Origin: Candidatus Nomurabacteria bacterium
Lineage (GTDB): Bacteria; Patescibacteriota; Minisyncoccia; Phycocordibacterales; UBA9973
Assembly: GCA_023267375.1 (NCBI GenBank)
Contig: JAHFNJ010000001.1
Location: forward strand, 21,878 to 85,877
Direction of reading: 5' to 3'
Length of the DNA stretch: 64,000 nucleotides
Under the pieces are notes generated by a model, which was not told the origin of the DNA, did no database searches, and worked only from the letters and a program-made list of their open reading frames with translations. Both the position numbers and the translations under genes were made by a program. Below are positions 17,269-25,689 of the stretch, piece after piece; position 1 is the first letter of the stretch, and the number at the start of each line of letters is the position of its first letter.

Positions 17269-19203
17269 ATGAAAGCAGTGACTGTTGTCCCTATCGCAAA
17301 AGGGATAGGCAAAGAGCATTTAACCTATTTTTCGGCCAAAGATATTACTGTTGGCACGATTGTTTCTGTACCGATTCGCAATAAAATTATTGATGCACTC
17401 GTCGTTGAAACCAGCGACGTTGAAAATACAAAATCTGAAATTAAAGAAGCATCCTATCAGCTTAAGAAAATAGAAAAAGTAAAAGGAACTTCCCTCTTTT
17501 CTGATGCATTTCTTCACACTGTTGATCTAGCTCGCCGCTACTACCTGACACAAACTGGTGCCATGATTGAAGCAGTTGTGCCAAAAGTACTCATGACTCA
17601 TGCACAGTCGCTCAATCATCCGGCAAAAGAAAAAGAGAGTGACAAGCCCACCATCAAACAAGAAAAAGTGGCATTCCAAGCGCCACTCGAAGATCGACTA
17701 GTCTACTACAAAACATTCATCCGCGAATCATTCGCTCGCAAGCAGTCAGTGTTTATTACACTACCGACGATTCACGAAATCGAAACGTTCGCGGAAACAC
17801 TCGCAAAAGGAATCGAGACGTACACATTTGTGCTTCATAGCGACCTGCCTGCTAAAGAAATTGTCTTGCTCTACAATCAAATCCTCGACGAACCGCATCC
17901 GGTGCTCATTATTGCAACACCATCATATGTGGTCATCCCTCGGCAAGACATTGGCACCTATATCGTTGAACGCGAAAACTCAAGTGCCTATCGCCTGATC
18001 GAACGCCCACAAATTGATATGCGTCTCTTTGTGGAATTTTATGCCCGTGAACGAAACAAAAAATATATTCTCGCAGACACCTTTCTCCGCGTTGAAACAC
18101 TCTTTCGTATTGATGTGCATGAATTGGGAGAAGTCGCCTCTTCTGTTTTTCGATTACCACAAGGCGTAGAAATAGATATCGTTGATACGAAGCGTTCCGA
18201 CGCACCAGTTGTTGTACGAAAGAAATTCCAAATCATCAGCGACGAAGCACTGGCGACCATCCGCTCGGCAATAGCTGCAAAAAAACATGTCTTTCTTTTC
18301 ACCCTTAAAAAAGGCTTAGGGTCAATTACACTCTGCAACGACTGTGGTGAAGCACTCTTGTGCGATATGTGCGCTTCGCCAATGCGGCTCGTGCAAAATG
18401 CTACCGGGGATCGCATGTATCGCTGTAACCGCTGCAAGCGCACAAAGGACGCCACGACTCCATGCTCGCTCTGCGGCAGCTGGAATTTGATCGCGCTTGG
18501 TATCGGCACCGACCGCGTCTATGAAGAATTGCATTCTCATTTTCCAGACGTTCCGCTATTTCGTGTCGATAAAGACATCACAAAAACGGATGCTGCTGCG
18601 CGAAAAGTAATGCGCGAATTTTATAAAACAAAAGGCGCAATTCTCTTGGGTACCGAAATGACTTTTTTCCATCTTGATAATAAAGTGGACTACAGTGTCA
18701 TCGTTTCATTTGATTCTCTCTTCTCATTGCCATCATTTCGCATCCACGAAAAAATTCTCCAACTCTACCTTACCCTTCATTCATACACAGAGAAAAAAAT
18801 AATAATCCAAACAAAAAATCCACGTGAAGAAATAATCATGGCTATCAAACATTCAAATGCGCTCAATTGGTACCGGAGTGAACTCAAAATGCGCGAAGCG
18901 GCACACTATCCACCATTTACGATGCTCATGAAAATTAGTTACCGCGGTATAAAAGACGAAGTCGAGAAAGCGAAGGCAGAATTTTTGCTTGCCCTCCACG
19001 ACTACCATCCAGTTGTTTTTCAATCGACCGAGGCAAAAATAAAAGGCGTCTATGTCGTCAACGCGGTACTCAAAATAGCTCGCGAACGCTGGATACTATC
19101 ATTCTTAAACGACAGCAACACCTATGACAAGAAGCTAGAGCGTATTTTACGCTCCCTGGACCCCGAAGCCTCTATTCAGATTGATCCGGAGGACCTTTTA
19201 TAA
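17269..19203 (+). CDS. priA: Primosomal protein N' (PriA) with degenerate helicase motifs
   Basis: N-terminal 3'-binding-like domain, four CxxC pairs, GIGTDRV.EEL...FP, R..AHYPPF. Walker A and DExH not recognisable. Confidence 0.85.
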   Translation: MKAVTVVPIAKGIGKEHLTYFSAKDITVGTIVSVPIRNKIIDALVVETSDVENTKSEIKEASYQLKKIEKVKGTSLFSDAFLHTVDLARRYYLTQTGAMIEAVVPKVLMTHAQSLNHPAKEKESDKPTIKQEKVAFQAPLEDRLVYYKTFIRESFARKQSVFITLPTIHEIETFAETLAKGIETYTFVLHSDLPAKEIVLLYNQILDEPHPVLIIATPSYVVIPRQDIGTYIVERENSSAYRLIERPQIDMRLFVEFYARERNKKYILADTFLRVETLFRIDVHELGEVASSVFRLPQGVEIDIVDTKRSDAPVVVRKKFQIISDEALATIRSAIAAKKHVFLFTLKKGLGSITLCNDCGEALLCDMCASPMRLVQNATGDRMYRCNRCKRTKDATTPCSLCGSWNLIALGIGTDRVYEELHSHFPDVPLFRVDKDITKTDAAARKVMREFYKTKGAILLGTEMTFFHLDNKVDYSVIVSFDSLFSLPSFRIHEKILQLYLTLHSYTEKKIIIQTKNPREEIIMAIKHSNALNWYRSELKMREAAHYPPFTMLMKISYRGIKDEVEKAKAEFLLALHDYHPVVFQSTEAKIKGVYVVNAVLKIARERWILSFLNDSNTYDKKLERILRSLDPEASIQIDPEDLL

Positions 19204-19235
19204 AATGACGAATGTCTAATTTCTAATGACTAATG
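19204..19235. repeat. Heptamer tandem tract (AATGACT-like)
   Basis: AATGACG AATGTCT AATTTCT AATGACT AATG directly after the priA stop. Confidence 0.8.
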
Positions 19236-19272
19236 AAAAATCCCGACTCGCTTTCACGAATCGGGATTTTTT
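19236..19272. terminator. Bidirectional intrinsic terminator
   Basis: AAAAATCCCGACTCGC-TTTC-ACGAATCGGGATTTTT. Confidence 0.75.
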
Positions 19273-19288
19273 AATTTTAAGAAATTAG

Positions 19289-19963
19289 TTACTTGAAACA
19301 CGCAACCATCGCATTCTCAATTTTAAAAGATCTGCCACAGAAACGAATGTCGTCTGATAAGTACATTTTCGGAAAATACTTTATCTGCCTATCCCAATGG
19401 TTTTCATAATCACATCCCATAAATCGAACATATGCATCTCCGTTCTCTGTTCCTCCATATTTTTTACCGTAAATAGTATTGAGAAACAAAGTAGGATACT
19501 CTTTCCATGATTCAGGGATTAAGTAACGAAAATCAAAAAGATAATCAGCAATACATCCGTTGCACAAGCTGAAATGCTTGCTGAAATATTCATGCATCAG
19601 CCAACCATTAATGATCCCTTTTTTACTTGCGAAATGATCTCTGTATTTAATAAGAGGAACAAGAGATATTTTTTTAGGATTCCAAGGAAAATCTGGCTGA
19701 GGAGTATGTTTCTTCAGATAATACCCATCCTGGGGATGGAAGAGATCTGGTTGAACATCTCCACAAATCATGTGGCTTTCATTTGGCATCCCTCCATTGT
19801 TAACAAATAGGATGAATTCTTTTACAAGTCGTTCATCATTTTTAATGAGTACTTGACTTCCCTCTTTGTTTAAGAGTTCTTCCATTTCTGGATACTTACT
19901 CAATAGGCAAGTGATCATTTTATGAAATTGACCAAGACTTGCTTTTTCATTTACTGGTTTCAT
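19289..19963 (-). CDS. Hypothetical protein (stand-alone cassette)
   Basis: Long ORF containing DYLF...LIPESWK...FL.TIY...YVR. TTGACT -35 box at 20061-20066. Start moved to MKPVN. Confidence 0.75.
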   Translation of the reverse strand: MKPVNEKASLGQFHKMITCLLSKYPEMEELLNKEGSQVLIKNDERLVKEFILFVNNGGMPNESHMICGDVQPDLFHPQDGYYLKKHTPQPDFPWNPKKISLVPLIKYRDHFASKKGIINGWLMHEYFSKHFSLCNGCIADYLFDFRYLIPESWKEYPTLFLNTIYGKKYGGTENGDAYVRFMGCDYENHWDRQIKYFPKMYLSDDIRFCGRSFKIENAMVACFK

Positions 19964-20082
19964 TTTATTCTTTTTTATGGGTTTACGACACCCGACTACG
20001 GAATAGTACTTAGCAACATGGCTGTTCAATTCAAACTAACCATACTATTTTTTAACATATAGTCAAGATTACTACATTTTTT

Positions 20083-20110
20083 AGTCATTAGAAATTAATA
20101 ATTAGACATT
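20083..20110. repeat. Heptamer tract inverted relative to 19204-19235
   Basis: AGTCATT AGAAATT AATAATT AGACATT. Confidence 0.8.
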
Positions 20111-20146
20111 TGCGTAATCACAACTGGTATGTTATTATCCCCTCAC

Positions 20147-20395
20147 ATGATTTCAAATATAGCAGTCAGTAAAAATAACAACGAAAACAACCAGAGCTTG
20201 CTCCGCCGTTTTTCTCGTCGCGTACAAGAAACAAGCCTTTTGCCAAAAGTAAAAGGAAATCGCTATGCACAGCGCAAGAAATCAAAATTGGTAGTAAAAG
20301 CAGCAACCTTGAAGAAGCTCGCTCGTCGAAAAGAGATTGAAAAACTCAAGAAACTCGGCAAAATGGTAGAACGCGAAGGACGTGGATCTAAATAA
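20147..20395 (+). CDS. rpsU: 30S ribosomal protein bS21-like (divergent)
   Basis: Small basic protein V.K..NE...SLLRRF.RRVQ..LL..VK..RY, next to ybeY. Confidence 0.7.
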   Translation: MISNIAVSKNNNENNQSLLRRFSRRVQETSLLPKVKGNRYAQRKKSKLVVKAATLKKLARRKEIEKLKKLGKMVEREGRGSK

Positions 20396-20398
20396 TAA

Positions 20399-20791
20399 AT
20401 GAAGTACGAGGAAAAAGTTTCAATAACGTACATACAGACAAAAGGCAAGCTCCCCCGCTTGCCTTTTGTGCAGATGAAAGAGGCTATTTTGGGTAAAAAC
20501 TACGACCTCTCTATCGCCTGCGTCTCTCCTCTTATCTCAAAAAAACTAAACAACACCTACCGTGGCAAAAATAAGCCAACAAATATCTTAAGCTTCCCGC
20601 TTTCAAAAAAAGACGGCGAGCTAGTGCTTGATCTCGCACTCATCAAAAAAGAAGCGCCTAAATTTGAGCGTTCATACCGTCGATTTGTCGGTTTTTTACT
20701 TATCCACGGAATGCTCCATTTGAAAGGAATGCAACATGGTAGTACAATGGAGGGTAAGGAGAGAAAATTTCTAAAGAAATTTGAGCTCTAA
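20399..20791 (+). CDS. ybeY: rRNA maturation endoribonuclease YbeY
   Basis: LNNTYRGKNKPTNILSF, IHGMLHLKGMQH. Confidence 0.93.
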   Translation: MKYEEKVSITYIQTKGKLPRLPFVQMKEAILGKNYDLSIACVSPLISKKLNNTYRGKNKPTNILSFPLSKKDGELVLDLALIKKEAPKFERSYRRFVGFLLIHGMLHLKGMQHGSTMEGKERKFLKKFEL

Positions 20792-20904
20792 AAAAATATT
20801 GTCTCGATCTTAAGCATTTGTTTAAGATGAAACATTTGGATTTCGGAAGAGAAAACCGGAATGACAATTTTTTTGGAAATTTTCCCTTGTCTACATAATT
20901 ACAC

Positions 20905-22065
20905 ATGGCCATACGTAACATTACAGTCGGAATAGATGTGGGAACCTACGCGACACGCGTTGTTGTTGCTGAATATAAAAAAGGCGAAAAAATCCCTCAA
21001 ATATTAGGCACTGGCATGAGCGTTTCAAATGGCCTCCGTCACGGTTATATCATCAACAGTGATGAAGCGGTAAAAAGCATTCGCCGCGCAGTCGCTGACG
21101 CAGAAAAAAATGCTGGCATCAAAATTAAGCGCGCAGCTTTGTCTATCGGCGGCGTGAGCGTCGGATCTGCACTCAGTGTTGGCAGTACGATTATTTCAAA
21201 AGCTGATACTGAAGTCACCTCACTCGATATCGCCAAAGCCGTAAAAGAAGCAGAAGATAATCTCTCGCTCGCTAATAAAAAAATAATTGAAACAATCCCC
21301 GTCGCATACAAACTTGATGGGAAAGAAATCACCGGTCGCCCAGAAGGCATGCACGGGATCAAGCTCGAGGTTCGCGTACTCTTCATCACCTGCCTTGAAC
21401 AACATTTTGACGACTTAGTAGAAGCGGCAACTGATGCAGGTATTGAGGTTGTCGACGTTGTGCCTTCTCCGCTTGCAGCAAGCGCAATCGCCCTCTCAGA
21501 CCGCCAGAAATCAGTGGGGTCTATTTTGGTAAATATCGGCGCCGAAACAGTTTCTATCGCCGTCTTTGAAAACGGGCATGCGATCTCGCTCCACATATTT
21601 TCCATCGGTTCTACTGATATCACCAATGACATCGCCCTAGGACTGAAAGTGCCGCTTGATGAAGCAGAAGGAATTAAAATTGGATCAGTCATGGGCAACT
21701 ATCCAAAAAAGAAACTGGATGAAATCATTGAAGCACGACTCTCAGATATTTTTGAACTCATCGACAATCATTTGAAAAAAATAAAACGTAGCGAACTTTT
21801 ACCGGCAGGAATAATCATCACCGGCGGCGGTGCGCAAATTGCAATGATTGATGAGATGGCAAAATCATTTCTTAAACTTCCAGCGCGTATCGGTGTCGCT
21901 GAATTTTTCGGTAATGCAAAGAGCAAGATTCGCGATTCGTCATGGTTTGTAGCGACAGGGTTATGTGTTCATGATTCTCATCGAAACATGGGTGGTAGTG
22001 AGAGCGGTTTCGGTAAAGAAATCAAGAATTTCTTCAAAAATATAGGGAAACAATTGCTCCCGTAG
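20905..22065 (+). CDS. ftsA: Cell division protein FtsA
   Basis: GIDVGT, NIGAETV, ITNDIALGL, IIEARL, ITGGG. Upstream of ftsZ. Confidence 0.95.
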   Translation: MAIRNITVGIDVGTYATRVVVAEYKKGEKIPQILGTGMSVSNGLRHGYIINSDEAVKSIRRAVADAEKNAGIKIKRAALSIGGVSVGSALSVGSTIISKADTEVTSLDIAKAVKEAEDNLSLANKKIIETIPVAYKLDGKEITGRPEGMHGIKLEVRVLFITCLEQHFDDLVEAATDAGIEVVDVVPSPLAASAIALSDRQKSVGSILVNIGAETVSIAVFENGHAISLHIFSIGSTDITNDIALGLKVPLDEAEGIKIGSVMGNYPKKKLDEIIEARLSDIFELIDNHLKKIKRSELLPAGIIITGGGAQIAMIDEMAKSFLKLPARIGVAEFFGNAKSKIRDSSWFVATGLCVHDSHRNMGGSESGFGKEIKNFFKNIGKQLLP

Positions 22066-22168
22066 TCAACTTGTCTTTTCTTGACAAGGAGAGCACGTAC
22101 AAGCTATCCTATTAACACTTAGCGTGGCCGAAAGTCCTATTCATAATTAATTTATATTCAATTTTTAT

Positions 22169-23416
22169 ATGCCAAAAATAAGCCCAGAAATAGAAACATT
22201 TGCTCGAATTAAAGTCATTGGCGTCGGCGGATCAGGTAAAAACGCCTTGAACCATATGATCGTTTCGAAAGTAAAAGGTGTCGAGTTTATTGCAATGAAC
22301 ACCGATACACAGGACCTCCACAATTCTCTTGCAGACAAGAAAATCCACATTGGTAAAAATTTGACAAAAGGCTTGGGGGCTGGCATGAATCCGGAAGTCG
22401 GCAAACGTGCAGCAGAAGAAACCAAAGCTGAAATCCAAGATGTCATCAAGGGCTCTGACATGGTCTTTATCGCATGTGGATTAGGCGGTGGTACTGGTAC
22501 TGGCGCTGCTCCGATTGTTGCACGTGCAGCAAAAGAACAAGGAGTACTCACTGTTGCTGTTGTCACTCGTCCATTTTCATTCGAAGGAACACAACGTACA
22601 AAACTTGCAGAAAAAGGATTGGAAGAACTTTCAAAAGAAGTAGACGCTATCATCGTGATTCCAAACGACCGTCTCCTTTTGATTGCAAATAAAGATACTG
22701 GGTTCAAACAAGCATTCGCGATGTGCGATGAAGTGCTCCGCCAAGCAGTTGAAGGCATTTCTGATCTCATCACTACCCCAGGCGTCATCAACGTCGACTT
22801 CGCTGATATCAAAGCAGTCATGTCTGATGCAGGAAGCGCACTTATGGGTATCGGTATGGCTTCTGGTGAAGATCGCGCAAAGAAAGCAGCTACCGAAGCA
22901 ATCAATTCCCCCCTCCTCGACATTTCAATTCACGGTGCACGCGGCGTCCTCTTTGCTATCTCTGGCGGTGAAGACCTCGGTATTCTTGAAGTACAGGAAG
23001 CAGCAAAGGTTATCACTGAATCTATCGACAAAGAAGCACGGGTTATCTTTGGTACTATCAAGGACGATCGTCTAAAGAAAGGTGAAATCAAAGTTACGGT
23101 GATCGCTTCAGCATTCCCAACCGACGCTCCAAAGAAATCACTCTTTGCCGGACAACAAAAAGAGCAGCGAGAACAAGCTCCAGCAGTAGCTCCAAAAACC
23201 ATCTCTTCTATTCTCCGCGAAGATGTAAACTTAGGAACAAGTAACACTGAAAAAGAAAAGAAGGAAATTCACAACAGTCTGCCAGTCAACGAATATGTTA
23301 AGAAAATCGACAACAGCCAAACAAACAAGAAACCTGATATCGAAGTTCTAACCGATGACGATGATGATACTGGTGACTGGAGTGCGGTCCCTGCATTTCT
23401 CCGAAGAAAAAAGTAA
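22169..23416 (+). CDS. ftsZ: Cell division protein FtsZ
   Basis: GGGTGTG tubulin signature, NVDFAD, C-terminal VPAFLRRKK. Confidence 0.99.
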   Translation: MPKISPEIETFARIKVIGVGGSGKNALNHMIVSKVKGVEFIAMNTDTQDLHNSLADKKIHIGKNLTKGLGAGMNPEVGKRAAEETKAEIQDVIKGSDMVFIACGLGGGTGTGAAPIVARAAKEQGVLTVAVVTRPFSFEGTQRTKLAEKGLEELSKEVDAIIVIPNDRLLLIANKDTGFKQAFAMCDEVLRQAVEGISDLITTPGVINVDFADIKAVMSDAGSALMGIGMASGEDRAKKAATEAINSPLLDISIHGARGVLFAISGGEDLGILEVQEAAKVITESIDKEARVIFGTIKDDRLKKGEIKVTVIASAFPTDAPKKSLFAGQQKEQREQAPAVAPKTISSILREDVNLGTSNTEKEKKEIHNSLPVNEYVKKIDNSQTNKKPDIEVLTDDDDDTGDWSAVPAFLRRKK

Positions 23417-23427
23417 GCTACTCACTA

Positions 23428-23456
23428 AAAAAACACCCATTAGGGTGTTTTTTTAT
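23428..23456 (+). terminator. Intrinsic terminator after ftsZ
   Basis: AAAAAACACCC-ATTA-GGGTGTTTTTT. Confidence 0.8.
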
Positions 23457-23484
23457 TTCTTGACTCACGTGGTATAATGCCCGA

Positions 23485-24414
23485 ATGTTATACGATTTGA
23501 TCATTATCGGTGGTGGACCAGCAGGCTGTGCTGCGGCTGTGTATGCTGCCCGTAAACGCTTAAAAACCCTCCTTATTGCCGAATCTTTTGGTGGTCAGTC
23601 TACCGACTCAATGGGAGTCCAAAACTGGATCGGAACGATTAATATTTCTGGTGTAGACCTCGCCAAAAACCTCCGCGAGCATGCATTTGCTTACAAGAGC
23701 GATGTACTCGATATCAAAGAAGGCGAACGAGCTCAAAAAATTGAACAAAAAGGAGAAAACCATTTTGCTGTAAGTACCCAAAACGGCGAAACGTTTGAAT
23801 CAAAAACAGTCCTCGTTACCACTGGTTCTGGTCGCCGAAAACTCCCTGCAAAAAATGCAGACAAGTTCGAACACAAAGGACTCACCTATTGCGCTTCCTG
23901 TGATGGACCACTCTTTAGCGATCAAGACGTCGTGGTTGTCGGTGGCGGCAATGCTGGCTTCGAATCAGCTGCGCAGCTTCTTGCCTACTGCAAAAGCGTG
24001 ACACTGCTTAACCGAAGCGACAGTTTTCGTGCAGATGAAATTACCGTCACCAAGGTGCTTTCAAATCCAAAAATGAAAGCAATCAAAAATGTGGATATTC
24101 TTGAAGTCACGGGTGATCAGTTCGTACAAGGAATTATTTACAAAGATGCAAAATCAGGAGAAACAATCACGCTTCCCGTTGCTGGCATTTTTGTTGAAAT
24201 CGGACAAATTCCAAACACCGGCTTTGTTGATGGATTCTTAAAGCTTGATGAAAATAAGAAGATAATTGTTGACCCAATGAATCAGCGCACGTCCGTAAAT
24301 GGCATCTGGTGCGCTGGCGATGCGACCAACGGTCTCTACCACCAGAACAACATCGCTGCTGGTGATGCAGTTAAAGCACTCGAAGACATCTACCTCTATC
24401 TGAACGCAAAATAA
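23485..24414 (+). CDS. trxB: Thioredoxin-disulfide reductase (TrxB/AhpF C-terminal-like)
   Basis: GGGPAG, YCASCDG, GGGNAG, AGD. Confidence 0.88.
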   Translation: MLYDLIIIGGGPAGCAAAVYAARKRLKTLLIAESFGGQSTDSMGVQNWIGTINISGVDLAKNLREHAFAYKSDVLDIKEGERAQKIEQKGENHFAVSTQNGETFESKTVLVTTGSGRRKLPAKNADKFEHKGLTYCASCDGPLFSDQDVVVVGGGNAGFESAAQLLAYCKSVTLLNRSDSFRADEITVTKVLSNPKMKAIKNVDILEVTGDQFVQGIIYKDAKSGETITLPVAGIFVEIGQIPNTGFVDGFLKLDENKKIIVDPMNQRTSVNGIWCAGDATNGLYHQNNIAAGDAVKALEDIYLYLNAK

Positions 24415-24458
24415 AAAAAAATCCCCGCAAAAGCGGGGACTTTTTTTATTTAAGATAT

Positions 24459-24824
24459 CTAAGCTGCAATAGGTTTTTTAATCCTAAAAAATTTACAGAC
24501 CCGAGAAGTCATCTTCCCCACTTTAACAGCAGGAAAATCATGGCCGAATATTTCCCTGGTGGGAGAATATTTTAATCTTGGGTGGTAGTAGCTTAACTCT
24601 ACTCCTTCGTTTAATACAAATCGAAACACAATTTTTTTCTTCGACTGTGGACGAGTTAAATCAATGGACGGAGTTCGCTCTCCTCCTCGCCTTTCCTCAG
24701 GCAAAGTTGGAGAAACGGAAACATTTGTCCCAACAATAATTTGTTGAGCAAGTGAAGTTAATCTATTTTCAAGCCCTCTCTTTTTAAATTTTCCGGGCTG
24801 AAAAGTTAATCGCTGTGATTTCAT
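24459..24824 (-). CDS. Orphan basic hypothetical protein (stand-alone cassette)
   Basis: Start moved to MKSQRL. TTGACG-N16-TACACT upstream. Converges on the trxB terminator (24414-24447). Confidence 0.6.
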   Translation of the reverse strand: MKSQRLTFQPGKFKKRGLENRLTSLAQQIIVGTNVSVSPTLPEERRGGERTPSIDLTRPQSKKKIVFRFVLNEGVELSYYHPRLKYSPTREIFGHDFPAVKVGKMTSRVCKFFRIKKPIAA

Positions 24825-24933
24825 TTTTTTCGGGGGTTTTATAGGTGAAACAAAATGTTGAGAACAATTTTGCAAAGAGTGTAGCAAAATGAGCGCAAAC
24901 GTCAATACGTTTGCGCTCATTTGTATCAAATAT

Positions 24934-25683
24934 TTACGGATGGACAATACTGTGTGCCAACTCGAGCTGTTCTTGAGTATTCACTCCAAGAGCTTCATGC
25001 GGATCAATAACGATCGAAGCAATTGGTTTCGATTCATTACAAGCCGCTTCAACCAAATCCGTGAGATAGTATTCTTGTTGAGCATTATTGTTCTTGAGCC
25101 CATGAAGCTCTCTCCACATCCATGCTGCATTAAAACAGAAATAGCACGGATTTACTTCAGTTATTTTTTTCTCTTCTTCAGTCGCATCTTTATTTTCAAC
25201 TGTTCGTAAAATCTTTCCATCAGCATCACGAATAATCCGTGAGAAGTTCGTAAAACCACCACGCCAGTCCTCAAAATCCTCCACCACGGTTGTGGCCATG
25301 GTCAGATATGCGCCTGAGGATACATGCATCTCTGCGAGCTTTCTGATGGTCTCCGCGCTCATATAGGGCTGATCGCCATAGAGCACCATAATGTTCTCTG
25401 CTTTGTCCTTTAAAAGCGATTCTGTGGACATTACAGCGTGACCTGTACCCAACTGCTCAGCCTGTACGGCGTAGGTATAGCCATCGCCTAAAGCCGCACG
25501 TACCTGATCACCCTTCTGCCCAATAACAATCACCGGATCAGCACACACTCCTGACTCTTTGATTGAGTCTAAAAGATGCACAATGAGCGGTTTCCCGTGG
25601 AGTGGAGTGAGTACTTTCGGGATTTCAGAATTCATGCGCTTACCGTGACCAGCTGCCAGAATAACAATTTGAATTTTTTGCAT
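24934..25683 (-). CDS. GlmU-like uridylyltransferase domain only (no acetyltransferase domain)
   Basis: ILAAGHGKRMNS..PKVL, EQLGTGHAV, YGDQP, NNAQQEYYLTD, GVNT. Ends at 249 aa. Confidence 0.88.
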   Translation of the reverse strand: MQKIQIVILAAGHGKRMNSEIPKVLTPLHGKPLIVHLLDSIKESGVCADPVIVIGQKGDQVRAALGDGYTYAVQAEQLGTGHAVMSTESLLKDKAENIMVLYGDQPYMSAETIRKLAEMHVSSGAYLTMATTVVEDFEDWRGGFTNFSRIIRDADGKILRTVENKDATEEEKKITEVNPCYFCFNAAWMWRELHGLKNNNAQQEYYLTDLVEAACNESKPIASIVIDPHEALGVNTQEQLELAHSIVHP

Positions 25684-25689
25684 ATAATT

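Noticed and set aside
21045-22923. Long antisense ORFs (217 aa and 252 aa) opposite ftsA and ftsZ, and similar shadow ORFs elsewhere
   Set aside because: They fully overlap well-conserved genes, have the Ser/Pro/Thr-rich composition typical of antisense frames, and show no motifs.
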